Positions 19,786 through 29,108 of a DNA stretch of 64,000 nt are shown in pieces. A program made the position numbers and the translations under genes. Source of the DNA: Minisyncoccota bacterium. GTDB lineage: Bacteria > Patescibacteriota > Minisyncoccia > JAHIHE01 > JAGLIN01. How positions within the stretch are numbered: position 1 is the stretch's first letter; each line of letters begins with the position of its first letter. The DNA lies in NCBI GenBank assembly GCA_041661265.1, contig JBAZUT010000003.1:143191-207190 (forward strand). Direction: 5' to 3'. The notes under the pieces were generated by a model, which did no database searches, was not told where the DNA came from, and worked only from the letters and a program-made list of their open reading frames with translations.

Positions 19786-20142
19786 ATGTTATTTGAAGCA
19801 TTAAGGATCGTCGGAGTCATTATCAGGAACATAATCAGCACAAACGATCCATGGCTCTTCTATTTAGGAGTTTTTGCGATCAGTTTCATCATCATGTTGA
19901 TATATATGGCGATCATAGACCTGGCCGAATGGCTTCTTGAAAGCAAGGCATGGTTTTGGATCAGCCTGCTGGGGAAAGGAATAACTCCGGAATATCCCGT
20001 GAAATTTGATAAGATCAGGAACAGGGGATGCTATCCCATAGAAGCAAGCAGCGGTCCTTATCGCACTTCGCTCGTAAAAATAGTCCTGAAAATGGAACTT
20101 GGACACACCACGTCCTATGTCAATGTTTATGCCACGCCTTGA
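19786..20142 (+). CDS. Hypothetical small membrane protein
   Basis: 118 aa with the TM helix YLGVFAISFIIMLIYMAII. Confidence 0.35.
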   Translation: MLFEALRIVGVIIRNIISTNDPWLFYLGVFAISFIIMLIYMAIIDLAEWLLESKAWFWISLLGKGITPEYPVKFDKIRNRGCYPIEASSGPYRTSLVKIVLKMELGHTTSYVNVYATP

Positions 20143-20259
20143 AAACACAAGGCTTATTTTTTTGACTAAATGAGACTAAAATAGTATATTTATTAATAGA
20201 ATATAAGAAAAAAAACGGCATCATTTATGCCGTTAATGTCAAGTTGTTAAATCACAAAA

Positions 20260-22347
20260 ATGATAAATGAAATTAGAGAAGCGCGCATAAATAAGCTAAA
20301 AAACTTGATCGATTTAAAGATCGATCCTTATCCGGCAAGGTCCAAGAGAACGCATGTCATTGCGAACGTTCTCAGAGATTTTGATAATATTCTGAACTCG
20401 AATGAAACGATATATCTTTGCGGAAGAACGAGAACCGTACGAGAGCATGGCGGACTTACATTCATGGACCTCGAGGACGAGAGCGGAAAGATACAGCTTT
20501 TTTTCAAAAAAGACGAGATTGGGGAGGAAAAATACGGATCCATAAACAATCTTGACATCGGAGATTTCATTGAAGCTCATGGCAATGTGTTTACGACAAA
20601 AAAGGGAGAGAAGACGCTCAATGTCCTGGGCTACAAGATCCTCACGAAATCGTTGATGCCGCTTCCGGAAAAATGGCATGGCCTTTCGGACGAGGAAACA
20701 AGATACAGAAAACGATATCTCGACCTGGTCATGAACAAAGATGTAAAACGGCTTTTCGGAACAAGAACGAAATTCGTGAATAATGTCAGGGAATTCTTGA
20801 ACAACAACGGCTATACTGAAGTTGAAACTCCAGTTCTTGAAAGCATTCCGGGCGGAGCGGATGCAGAGCCATTCATTACGCATCATAATAAGCTTGATAT
20901 AAAATTATACCTCAGGATCTCGCTTGAATTGCATCTGAAAAGGCTTATTGTCGGAGGATTTGAAAAGATCTATGAACTTGGAAGGGTTTTCAGGAACGAA
21001 GGGATGAGCACCCAGCATCTGCAGGAATTCACCATGCTTGAATTTTATTGGGCCTATGCGGACTATGAGGATCTGATGAAATTCGTCGAAGAATTCTATG
21101 TCACAGTCATAAAGAAAACATTCGGAACTCTTGAGATCAAATATCAGGGAAAGATCCTGAATTTCAACGCACCGTGGCCAAGATTCGATTACAGACAGAT
21201 CATAATCAAAGAATCAGGCATCGATATCGACAAATATCCGACCAAGGAAGACATGCGGAAGATTTCCCTCGAGAAGGGGATAAAAGTAGATCCGAAAGCG
21301 GGCAGGGGCCGGCTTATTGATCAATTATACAAAAGGCTCGTCAGACCGAAACTTTTCCAGCCATGTTTTCTCATAAACCATCCGCTTGATATTTCACCTC
21401 TGGCGAAGAAAAAAGATGAGGATAAGGACAAGGTCCAGAGATTCCAGGTACTGATCGCCGGCGCTGAGGTCGGCAATGGTTTTTCCGAGCTTAATGATCC
21501 GATAGACCAGAAGGAACGCTTCGAGGCGCAGGCAAGACTCCGCGAAGAGGGCGATGCCGAAGCTCAGATGATGGACGAAGATTTCGTCGAGGCCCTTGAA
21601 TATGGGATGCCGCCAACCGCAGGATTCGGCGTGGGTATCGACAGATTCCTTGCAATACTCATGGACCAGAAAAGCATAAGAGATGTTGTTTTCTTTCCAA
21701 TGATGAGACCGGAACAGAAAGTCGAAAGTGGGAAGTCGAAAGTGGAAAGTAATGTCTCGAACATAAATTTGGGCATTGATTCAACAAAAGCAAAAGACAT
21801 AGTTGATAAATACATAACGGATAAAAATACTAAGCTGCATTCGATCGAAAGCAAGGTGATTATGGAAGGAGTGGCGGAACATCTAAAGCAAGACAAAGAG
21901 AAGTGGGGGATAATCGGGCTTTTGCACGATATAGACTGGGATCAGACGAAAAACAATACGGCTGAACATTGCATAAAATCTTCGGAGATCCTAAGGGCTG
22001 AAGGCGCAAGTGATTTTCTTATCAGTACCATTGAGTCTCATGGATATGGTTGCGTAAAGAATCCAAAATTTAACGGAAAATCCAGATCCACTGACCTTGA
22101 ACATCTTTTGGCTGCGTCGGAAACGCTAACCGGACTGATAGTGGCATCAGCCATCATGCAGCCCGACAAAAAACTTGCAAGCGTAAAGTTAAGCTCTCTC
22201 AAAAAGAAATTTAAAAGCAAGAGTTTCGCCGCGAATTGCAACAGGGAGATCATAAAGGAATGCGAACTCGCCGGAATAAAACTGGATGAATTCCTGGAGA
22301 TTGGATTGGAGGCGCTTCAGGGGATAGGCGGGGAATTGGGAATGTAG
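20260..22347 (+). CDS. lysS: Lysyl-tRNA synthetase (class II) fused to a C-terminal HD-domain phosphohydrolase-like module of about 190 aa
   Basis: The N-terminal anticodon-binding OB fold (GDFIEAHGNVFTTKKGE) and class II motifs (FRNEG, GVGIDR) end near DVVFFPMMRPE. A linker and then H...(25 aa)...GLLHDIDW follow, which is the HD superfamily metal-binding signature. Confidence 0.85.
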   Translation: MINEIREARINKLKNLIDLKIDPYPARSKRTHVIANVLRDFDNILNSNETIYLCGRTRTVREHGGLTFMDLEDESGKIQLFFKKDEIGEEKYGSINNLDIGDFIEAHGNVFTTKKGEKTLNVLGYKILTKSLMPLPEKWHGLSDEETRYRKRYLDLVMNKDVKRLFGTRTKFVNNVREFLNNNGYTEVETPVLESIPGGADAEPFITHHNKLDIKLYLRISLELHLKRLIVGGFEKIYELGRVFRNEGMSTQHLQEFTMLEFYWAYADYEDLMKFVEEFYVTVIKKTFGTLEIKYQGKILNFNAPWPRFDYRQIIIKESGIDIDKYPTKEDMRKISLEKGIKVDPKAGRGRLIDQLYKRLVRPKLFQPCFLINHPLDISPLAKKKDEDKDKVQRFQVLIAGAEVGNGFSELNDPIDQKERFEAQARLREEGDAEAQMMDEDFVEALEYGMPPTAGFGVGIDRFLAILMDQKSIRDVVFFPMMRPEQKVESGKSKVESNVSNINLGIDSTKAKDIVDKYITDKNTKLHSIESKVIMEGVAEHLKQDKEKWGIIGLLHDIDWDQTKNNTAEHCIKSSEILRAEGASDFLISTIESHGYGCVKNPKFNGKSRSTDLEHLLAASETLTGLIVASAIMQPDKKLASVKLSSLKKKFKSKSFAANCNREIIKECELAGIKLDEFLEIGLEALQGIGGELGM

Positions 22348-22371
22348 GGTCTAAATTATAAATATAAAATT

Positions 22372-23679
22372 ATGCTCGACATAAAATTCATCAGAGAAAA
22401 TAAAGATAAAATAGAAAAGGCCGCAACCAGCAAGCATATCAAAATTGATATTGATGCGCTCCTTGCAGTTGATGATGAAAAAAGAAAACTTCAGAAAAAT
22501 ATTGACGATCTTAATACTCAGAGGAACAAGCTTGCGAAGGATGCAAAAACGGGCAAACCTTCTCAGGAACAGATCGAAAAAGGAAGGAAACTTAAAGAAG
22601 AAGCCTTCAAGAATGAAACTGAACTGAAAGAAGTGGACAAGAAATTCCTTGAATTGATGGTAAAGGTTCCAACGATCCCGTCAGAGGACACTCCAACCGG
22701 AAAAGATGACAGTGAAAATGTGGTGGTCCACAAATGGAAAGGGCCTACGAATTTTGACTTCAAGCCGAAAAGCTATCTTGAGCTTGCGTCCGACCTGGAC
22801 CTGCTGGACCTCGAACGTGGAACAAAGGTCGCGGGATATAGAGGATATTACGTAAAGAACGAAGCGGTCCTTCTGCAGATGGGAATGATGATGTTTGCGC
22901 TTACGAAACTTATCGGGAAAGGATTTACTCCGATGATACCTCCGACGCTCATAAAAGAGTTCGCGCTTTTTGGAAGCGGCTATTTCGGAGGAAAGGAATA
23001 TAATCCCGACAGGGACGAGATCTATAAAATTGCAAACGATGAAAAACTTTCGGACGGCACCGTAAAAAAAGAGAATAAATTCCTGGTAGGAACGGCGGAG
23101 CCATCGCTTCTTGCATATTATGCGGACGAGATCCTGGAGGAAAAAGATCTTCCCATCAAGATCTGTGGATTCTCGCAGTGCTATAGGAGCGAGATCGGAA
23201 GCTATGGAAAAGATACGAAAGGCATATATCGCGTACATGAATTTATGAAAGTGGAGCAGATCTGCATCACGAAAGCGGATGCAAAAGAATCCGACAAGTT
23301 GCAGGAAGAGATGATCGGCATCTCAAAAGAACTTCATGAAGATCTCGGTCTTCCATATCGGCAGCTTCAGATCTGCACCGGAGATATGAGCGCAGGGAAA
23401 TACAGACAATACGACCTCGAAGCATGGATGCCTTCGAGAAATGGATACGGGGAAACAGGATCATGCTCAAGTTTTCTGGACTGGCAATCACGCCGGCTCA
23501 ATGTGAAATATAAAAATAAAGACGGTAAGAAAAAATACGTTTATATGCTGAATAACACTGCGCTTCCAAGCGTCAGGCCGATGATCGCGATCATGGAAAA
23601 CTACCAGCAAAAGGACGGCAGCATAGTCGTTCCGGAAGTTCTCAGGAAATTTGTCGGAAAGGACATAATAAAAAAATAA
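22372..23679 (+). CDS. serS: Seryl-tRNA synthetase
   Basis: N-terminal coiled-coil arm and class II catalytic core (FRSEIGSYGKDTKGIYRVHEF, LNNTALP) in a 435-aa ORF. Confidence 0.9.
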   Translation: MLDIKFIRENKDKIEKAATSKHIKIDIDALLAVDDEKRKLQKNIDDLNTQRNKLAKDAKTGKPSQEQIEKGRKLKEEAFKNETELKEVDKKFLELMVKVPTIPSEDTPTGKDDSENVVVHKWKGPTNFDFKPKSYLELASDLDLLDLERGTKVAGYRGYYVKNEAVLLQMGMMMFALTKLIGKGFTPMIPPTLIKEFALFGSGYFGGKEYNPDRDEIYKIANDEKLSDGTVKKENKFLVGTAEPSLLAYYADEILEEKDLPIKICGFSQCYRSEIGSYGKDTKGIYRVHEFMKVEQICITKADAKESDKLQEEMIGISKELHEDLGLPYRQLQICTGDMSAGKYRQYDLEAWMPSRNGYGETGSCSSFLDWQSRRLNVKYKNKDGKKKYVYMLNNTALPSVRPMIAIMENYQQKDGSIVVPEVLRKFVGKDIIKK

Positions 23680-23700
23680 AGCATGACAATTTATGCTTTA
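23677..23700. terminator. Hairpin between the convergent serS and a minus-strand gene (weak bidirectional terminator candidate)
   Basis: AAAGCAT-GACAATTT-ATGCTTT. Confidence 0.3.
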
Positions 23701-24039
23701 TGATATTTCAGCTGCTTCCCTGGAAACAACTTTGTTGTTATATATTTTGAAATATTGCTCATATTTGTAGTGAATGTATAACGCTGTACCCAAATTAACA
23801 TACAAAATATACTCGACAACCCTGCTTCCCAGCCACACATTTTCATAGAAAAAATAATGGTAATTAAGAAGATATACCGCCATTACTGCGTAAGTGGAAA
23901 GATGGAAAAGATACAACGCGTGAGCTTTCCATTTTTGAGAATTTACGGTCCTAAGAAACCACCAGGCGAAAGATGCGCCGAATGTAGATAGTACGAATAT
24001 TCCTGCCCATAGAAGCAATATTATCAACGACCAATCCAT
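23698..24039 (-). CDS. Hypothetical membrane protein
   Basis: 113 aa, aromatic-rich, with 3 TM helices. Confidence 0.4.
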   Translation of the reverse strand: MDWSLIILLLWAGIFVLSTFGASFAWWFLRTVNSQKWKAHALYLFHLSTYAVMAVYLLNYHYFFYENVWLGSRVVEYILYVNLGTALYIHYKYEQYFKIYNNKVVSREAAEIS

Positions 24040-24080
24040 TTTTGTAACCTCCTTTTCTAATATCTAGATTATATTAACAA

Positions 24081-25028
24081 ATGACTGCAAATGTCAACAA
24101 AATCTCGGAAAGAGACGTGCGAATAAACGATTTGAATGTTCACTACAGAACAGCCGGCAACGGAGAACTTGCTGTAATTTTTCTTCATGGATGGGGGATC
24201 GATTCCGAAAGATATACTGAAACCGCAGAATACATGCTTCGCGAAGCCGAAAGCTGCGGCCTCAAGGCTAAAATCATCATTCCCGACCTTCCCGGATTCG
24301 GTAAAAGCGATGAGCCGAGATCGGACTGGAATTTGGATGATTATGTCGAATTCACGGATAAATTCATTGAAACCGCAACCCGAGGAAGAGGTTTTGAACT
24401 TATTAAGAATATAATGAAAAATATTAACTTAAAGAGCCTTGCTTCTGGAGGTCTGACCTCCAGTAAGGAGGTCAGACCTCCAGTGAAAATAATTCTGCTC
24501 GGACACTCGTTCGGCGGAAGAATTGCGATCAAATATGCGGTGAAATATCCGGAGAAGATCGAAAAACTGATATTGACAGGGGCGGCAGGGATCAAACATC
24601 CCCTGAAAGTTAAGCAGAAGGTATTGTCTGTCATGGCGAAAATTGGGAAAAAGATCTTTTCCGTGGCGACACAAACTAAGCTTCCAGTTGGAAGATTAGC
24701 TTCAGCAAGTAAGGATTTATTATACAGGATCGCAAGAGAGAAAGACTATAACTCTGCCAGCCCAAGAATGAAGGAGATCATGAAAAACGTCATCGAGGAA
24801 GATATCGGGCCAATACTGAATCACATAAAAACACCGACTCTTCTTTTGTGGGGAAGAGATGACCACTCAACGCCGCTTTCGGATGGCAACACGATGCACG
24901 AAAGCATTCGGGGTTCTATAATGACGGTTATTGATAATGCGAATCACAGCCTGCCATATCAAAAACCGGAAGATTTTGCAAAAATAGCCATCAGCGCCAT
25001 AAAAAACGAAGCGCAACGCGCTTCTTAA
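24081..25028 (+). CDS. Alpha/beta-fold hydrolase
   Basis: HGWG oxyanion motif, GHSFGG nucleophile elbow, and C-terminal Asp/His. Confidence 0.7.
   Translation: MTANVNKISERDVRINDLNVHYRTAGNGELAVIFLHGWGIDSERYTETAEYMLREAESCGLKAKIIIPDLPGFGKSDEPRSDWNLDDYVEFTDKFIETATRGRGFELIKNIMKNINLKSLASGGLTSSKEVRPPVKIILLGHSFGGRIAIKYAVKYPEKIEKLILTGAAGIKHPLKVKQKVLSVMAKIGKKIFSVATQTKLPVGRLASASKDLLYRIAREKDYNSASPRMKEIMKNVIEEDIGPILNHIKTPTLLLWGRDDHSTPLSDGNTMHESIRGSIMTVIDNANHSLPYQKPEDFAKIAISAIKNEAQRAS
24445..24485. repeat. Palindromic tandem 18-mer inside the hydrolase CDS
   Basis: GGAGGTCTGACCTCCAGT AA GGAGGTCAGACCTCCAGT. Each unit is itself a near-perfect palindrome. It encodes the loop SGGLTSSKEVRPPV. Confidence 0.6.
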
Positions 25029-25176
25029 AAGACTTCGGATAGTATCAAACATGTCATAATCAATCCGACGCCTATGGATATCCCGCCGAATCCCGTTCCG
25101 AAATAAATTATTGTTTTTTCAATTATTTCATTCGTGTTTCTCGCCTCTAAATAAAATTTAATCGGATTTACCTCTA

Positions 25177-26733
25177 ATGTCAAATTTAGTATTCATATTG
25201 ATAATATTATTTGCTTTCAAGATATTCCGCGACATCTTATTTTATCTATGGCTCTGGCAGATAAAAGAATATCGGACGGACAGGATGCTCGCACACCTGA
25301 AAAACGATCACGAAATGAATAAGAACGGAATTATGTATTTGATCGCGTTTATCCTGATGTTATTGCCACAGATTTTCCAAGAAGACTTCCGCGCTCTGCT
25401 GCCGGTCATCATATTATTCTTTGTATTTACAGACTTTTATATCATTAAAGAGATCCGGGACCACGCCTTCAAGCGCCCGGTGCCGACCCTTAAAATCGCG
25501 ACGATCGCGATCGGAACCGTTCTTCTCATAATCATGCTGACATATCCATTCATAGGGAGTGGCATGATCAATGAAGCCGAGATACCTCTTGTCATCTATA
25601 TTCTTTTGCCGTCCATAATTTCTCTGGCCGTATTGCTGATAAATCCATTTTTCGATCTTCAGAAAAAACGTATATTGATACATGCGGCTGCAAAAATGCG
25701 TTCATTGAAAAAAGTGCGGACCATTGGAATAACCGGAAGCTATGGCAAGACCAGTACGAAAGAATTTTTATATTCGATATTAAGCGATAAATACAAGACC
25801 GTTAAAACCGAAGGAAATAATAACACAAACATCGGAGTCGCCTATACGGTTCTGAACAAGGTCGATGACGATTTGGATTTTTTTGTCTGTGAGATGGGCG
25901 CCTATAAGATCGGCGAGATAAAAGAAATCTGCGGGATAGCACGGCCCGAGATCGGCATACTGACCGGAATAAACGAACAGCACGTGGAACTGTTCGGTTC
26001 GTTGGAAAATACGATAAAAGCGAAATTTGAACTCATCGAGTCGCTTCCGGAAAACGGGCTGGCCGTGATTAATGAAAAATTAAAATATCAAAATGATAAA
26101 TTACATTTTAAGGTTAAAAAATCAACATACTTTAGCTTGGCTACAGTAAATAGCATCAGAGTCCATCGCGATTATTCGGAATTTGAATACAAGGGAAAAA
26201 TATTCAGATTGAATCTGCCAGGAAAGCATTATATAGAAAATCTTATGTCTGCTATAATTGTTTCGGAATACCTTGGAATGAATGTTGATGAAATCAGTGA
26301 TTCTATTTCAAGAATAAAGCCAACCGAATATCTGATGAAAAAACTGGAAGGAACTAACGGATCGATTTTCATTGATGACAGCTATAGCGCTAATCCAGAC
26401 GGCGTTTTGGCAGCTCTTGACTATTTATGTGAAGCTTTTCCGGATCACAAAAAAGTCATCGTGTTTCCAGGATTTATCGAATTAGGAGATGAGTCTGACG
26501 ATGCCTACTGTAAATTATTCAAACGAATTTGCGAGGTCTGCCAAACAGCCTATCTCTTAAATAGCCGGATGCGGAATGCGGAATGCGGACATTCTAAAAC
26601 GAAATTCATCTTTGAAAAAGATTTTACGAAGACTGCAGACATGCTAAGAAACATCCTGGATAAAAACACAGTAGTACTATTCGAAAGCAGAGGCGCAGGA
26701 GCAGTGATGCGAAAATTTAAAAACTTAAAATAA
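25177..26733 (+). CDS. murF: UDP-MurNAc-tripeptide:D-Ala-D-Ala ligase (MurF-type Mur ligase) with an N-terminal polytopic membrane domain of about 160 aa
   Basis: Mur ligase P-loop IGITGSYGKTSTKEF plus central and C-terminal domains. The first 160 residues contain 4-5 hydrophobic helices in place of the usual soluble N-domain. Confidence 0.7.
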   Translation: MSNLVFILIILFAFKIFRDILFYLWLWQIKEYRTDRMLAHLKNDHEMNKNGIMYLIAFILMLLPQIFQEDFRALLPVIILFFVFTDFYIIKEIRDHAFKRPVPTLKIATIAIGTVLLIIMLTYPFIGSGMINEAEIPLVIYILLPSIISLAVLLINPFFDLQKKRILIHAAAKMRSLKKVRTIGITGSYGKTSTKEFLYSILSDKYKTVKTEGNNNTNIGVAYTVLNKVDDDLDFFVCEMGAYKIGEIKEICGIARPEIGILTGINEQHVELFGSLENTIKAKFELIESLPENGLAVINEKLKYQNDKLHFKVKKSTYFSLATVNSIRVHRDYSEFEYKGKIFRLNLPGKHYIENLMSAIIVSEYLGMNVDEISDSISRIKPTEYLMKKLEGTNGSIFIDDSYSANPDGVLAALDYLCEAFPDHKKVIVFPGFIELGDESDDAYCKLFKRICEVCQTAYLLNSRMRNAECGHSKTKFIFEKDFTKTADMLRNILDKNTVVLFESRGAGAVMRKFKNLK

Positions 26734-26812
26734 AAAAAGGGATTGTTACAGTTATAATTTTCAATTCTCAATTTACAATTTTAGTTAAATCGTAAACAAT
26801 AACTGGCTAGCC

Positions 26813-28069
26813 ATGTTCAAACGTTTCCAACCTATAGCTGCGGCCCTTGCGCCGAATTATACATTCCGGGATGTTTTGATCGCCATGAAATACGTCTATT
26901 TGCCATGGAAATGGGGATCGTTGAAAAGAGGCAACAACCAAGACAAGCTCGAGCTCGCTTTCAAGGAATTTATGGACGCCAGATATGCGATCAGTTTTGA
27001 CAGCGCAAGATCCGGTTTTTTTGCGATCCTGAAATGTCTCGGAATAGGAGAAAATGACGAGGTGCTTCTGCAGGCATTCACGACAGTTGCGTTGCCGAAT
27101 GCTATAATGTGGTGCAAGGCAACACCGATCTTCGTCGATATTGATGAAAAAACATTCAACATGGATCCGGGTCTTATTGAAAAACATATCACAAGCAAGA
27201 CAAAAGCAATCGTTGTCCAGCACACCTTTGGAAATCCCTCAGATATGGACAGGATCCTGAGCATCGCGAGAAAACACAATCTGCTGATCATTGAAGATTG
27301 CGCTCATTCACTGGGCGCGGAATACAGAGGGAAAAAAACCGGCACATTCGGAAATGCAGCCTTCTTCAGTTTCGGAAGAGATAAAGTGATCTCGGCCGTA
27401 TCCGGCGGAATTGTCATCACCGCAGATTGGAATTTGGGCAGATCGATAACGGATTTCAGAAATAAGCTCCCATACCCATCCGATAAGCATATTTTCAGGC
27501 AATTGCTTCATCCTATGATCACAACGAAATCACTGAAATTATATAATTTCTTCGGAATCGGAAAGTTTATGATGTATGCCATGGCAAAATCCGGCATTCT
27601 GACCAAGGCCTATGATATCAATGAGAAGAAAAACATCATGCCACACGGGTTTCCGGCGAAAATGCCCAATGCTCTTTGCGAGATCGCTCTTCATCAGCTC
27701 AAGCTCGCCGATGAGTTCAACGATCACCGCGCCAAGATCGCCAGCCTATATACTCATAGGCTAAAAGACGAGGGAGAACTTTCACTTCCCGAAACGACGC
27801 ACGGTGCAAAAAATATTTTTCTCTGGTATACGATCCTGACTGAAAACAAAAAACAAACTATTGCCAATGCAAAGCTGTCAAACATATTTCTGGGCGACTG
27901 GTTTCCGGCACCTGTCGGACCCATCGAAGTGGATCTCGAGAGATCCGGATACCGACCCGGAAGCTGTCCCATAGCCGAAAAAGTTAGCTCAAAATGCGTC
28001 AATCTTCCGACGAATAAGAACACGAGCAAAGACGACGCGATCAAGGTCATCAATTCATTAATTCAATAG
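26813..28069 (+). CDS. DegT/DnrJ/EryC1/StrS-family PLP-dependent sugar aminotransferase
   Basis: Fold-type I layout with SFGRDKVIS as the PLP-lysine motif; 418 aa. Confidence 0.7.
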   Translation: MFKRFQPIAAALAPNYTFRDVLIAMKYVYLPWKWGSLKRGNNQDKLELAFKEFMDARYAISFDSARSGFFAILKCLGIGENDEVLLQAFTTVALPNAIMWCKATPIFVDIDEKTFNMDPGLIEKHITSKTKAIVVQHTFGNPSDMDRILSIARKHNLLIIEDCAHSLGAEYRGKKTGTFGNAAFFSFGRDKVISAVSGGIVITADWNLGRSITDFRNKLPYPSDKHIFRQLLHPMITTKSLKLYNFFGIGKFMMYAMAKSGILTKAYDINEKKNIMPHGFPAKMPNALCEIALHQLKLADEFNDHRAKIASLYTHRLKDEGELSLPETTHGAKNIFLWYTILTENKKQTIANAKLSNIFLGDWFPAPVGPIEVDLERSGYRPGSCPIAEKVSSKCVNLPTNKNTSKDDAIKVINSLIQ

Positions 28070-28075
28070 CCAATC

Positions 28076-29104
28076 ATGGAAATAAGAGAAATATCAAACA
28101 AGGAAGAATGGGAAAAATTCATCCTAAACGAAAGTCCCGATACATTCCTGCAAAGCTGGAACTGGGGAGAAATAAACAGGAACACAGGCGATAGGATATG
28201 GAGATTTGGGATCTATGAAGACAATATTCTGCGATCGGCTTTTCTGGTCATCAGAATAAATGCAAAAAGAGGATCCTTCTTGTTCATCCCGCACGGACCG
28301 ATCGAAAATAATTTAAAAATGAAAATTAAAAATGAAAAATTGTGGAACACTTTTTTTGAATATTTGAAACAATTAGGAAAGCGAGAAAGGGTTGATTTTA
28401 TACGAATAAGTCCGATCCTTGAAAATAATGAACAGAATCTCGAGATATTCAAATCCGCCGGGTTCAAAGATGCGCCAATCCACATGATGCATCCGGAGAT
28501 GACCTGGCTTTTGGATATATCTAAAAACGAGGATGAGATCATGAAGGGCATGCGCAAGACGCATCGCAACCTCATAAGAAGAGCTGAAAAAGAAGGCGTA
28601 AAAATAATTCAAGGAACCGATGAAAAATATCTGAAAGCATTCTATGATATACACATGGAAACCGTAAGACGCCATAAATTCGTTCCATTCTCCTTCGACT
28701 ATATACAAAAAGAAGTGGATCTTTTCAAAAAAGACGGACAGGTGTCCATATTTTCGGCGGTTTATAATGAGGAAATTATCTCATCGGCTATAATCGTTTT
28801 TTATGGAAATGAAGCATTCTATCACCATGGCGCTTCTTCCTCGAAATATTATAAGGTTCCTGCGTCATACCTCGTACTCTGGAATGCGATCAAAGAGGCA
28901 AAGGGCAGGGGGTGTACGATATTTAATTTTTATGGCATCGTCGAGAACAAACCCAAGCATCCATGGACAGGGCTTTCGAATTTCAAACAAGGTTTCGGGG
29001 GATATAAAAAAGAATTGGTCCATTGCCAGGACTTTGTTCTGAGAAAAAAATATATCATCAACTATTTCGTTGAACACATGAGAAAGTTGAAACGCGGATA
29101 TTGA
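28076..29104 (+). CDS. FemAB/FemX-family peptidoglycan interpeptide-bridge aminoacyltransferase
   Basis: SWNWGEIN near the N-terminus, FIPHGPI, and a C-terminal YYHHGASS...FNFYGI. The order matches FemX of Weissella viridescens. Confidence 0.65.
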   Translation: MEIREISNKEEWEKFILNESPDTFLQSWNWGEINRNTGDRIWRFGIYEDNILRSAFLVIRINAKRGSFLFIPHGPIENNLKMKIKNEKLWNTFFEYLKQLGKRERVDFIRISPILENNEQNLEIFKSAGFKDAPIHMMHPEMTWLLDISKNEDEIMKGMRKTHRNLIRRAEKEGVKIIQGTDEKYLKAFYDIHMETVRRHKFVPFSFDYIQKEVDLFKKDGQVSIFSAVYNEEIISSAIIVFYGNEAFYHHGASSSKYYKVPASYLVLWNAIKEAKGRGCTIFNFYGIVENKPKHPWTGLSNFKQGFGGYKKELVHCQDFVLRKKYIINYFVEHMRKLKRGY

Positions 29105-29108
29105 TTAT

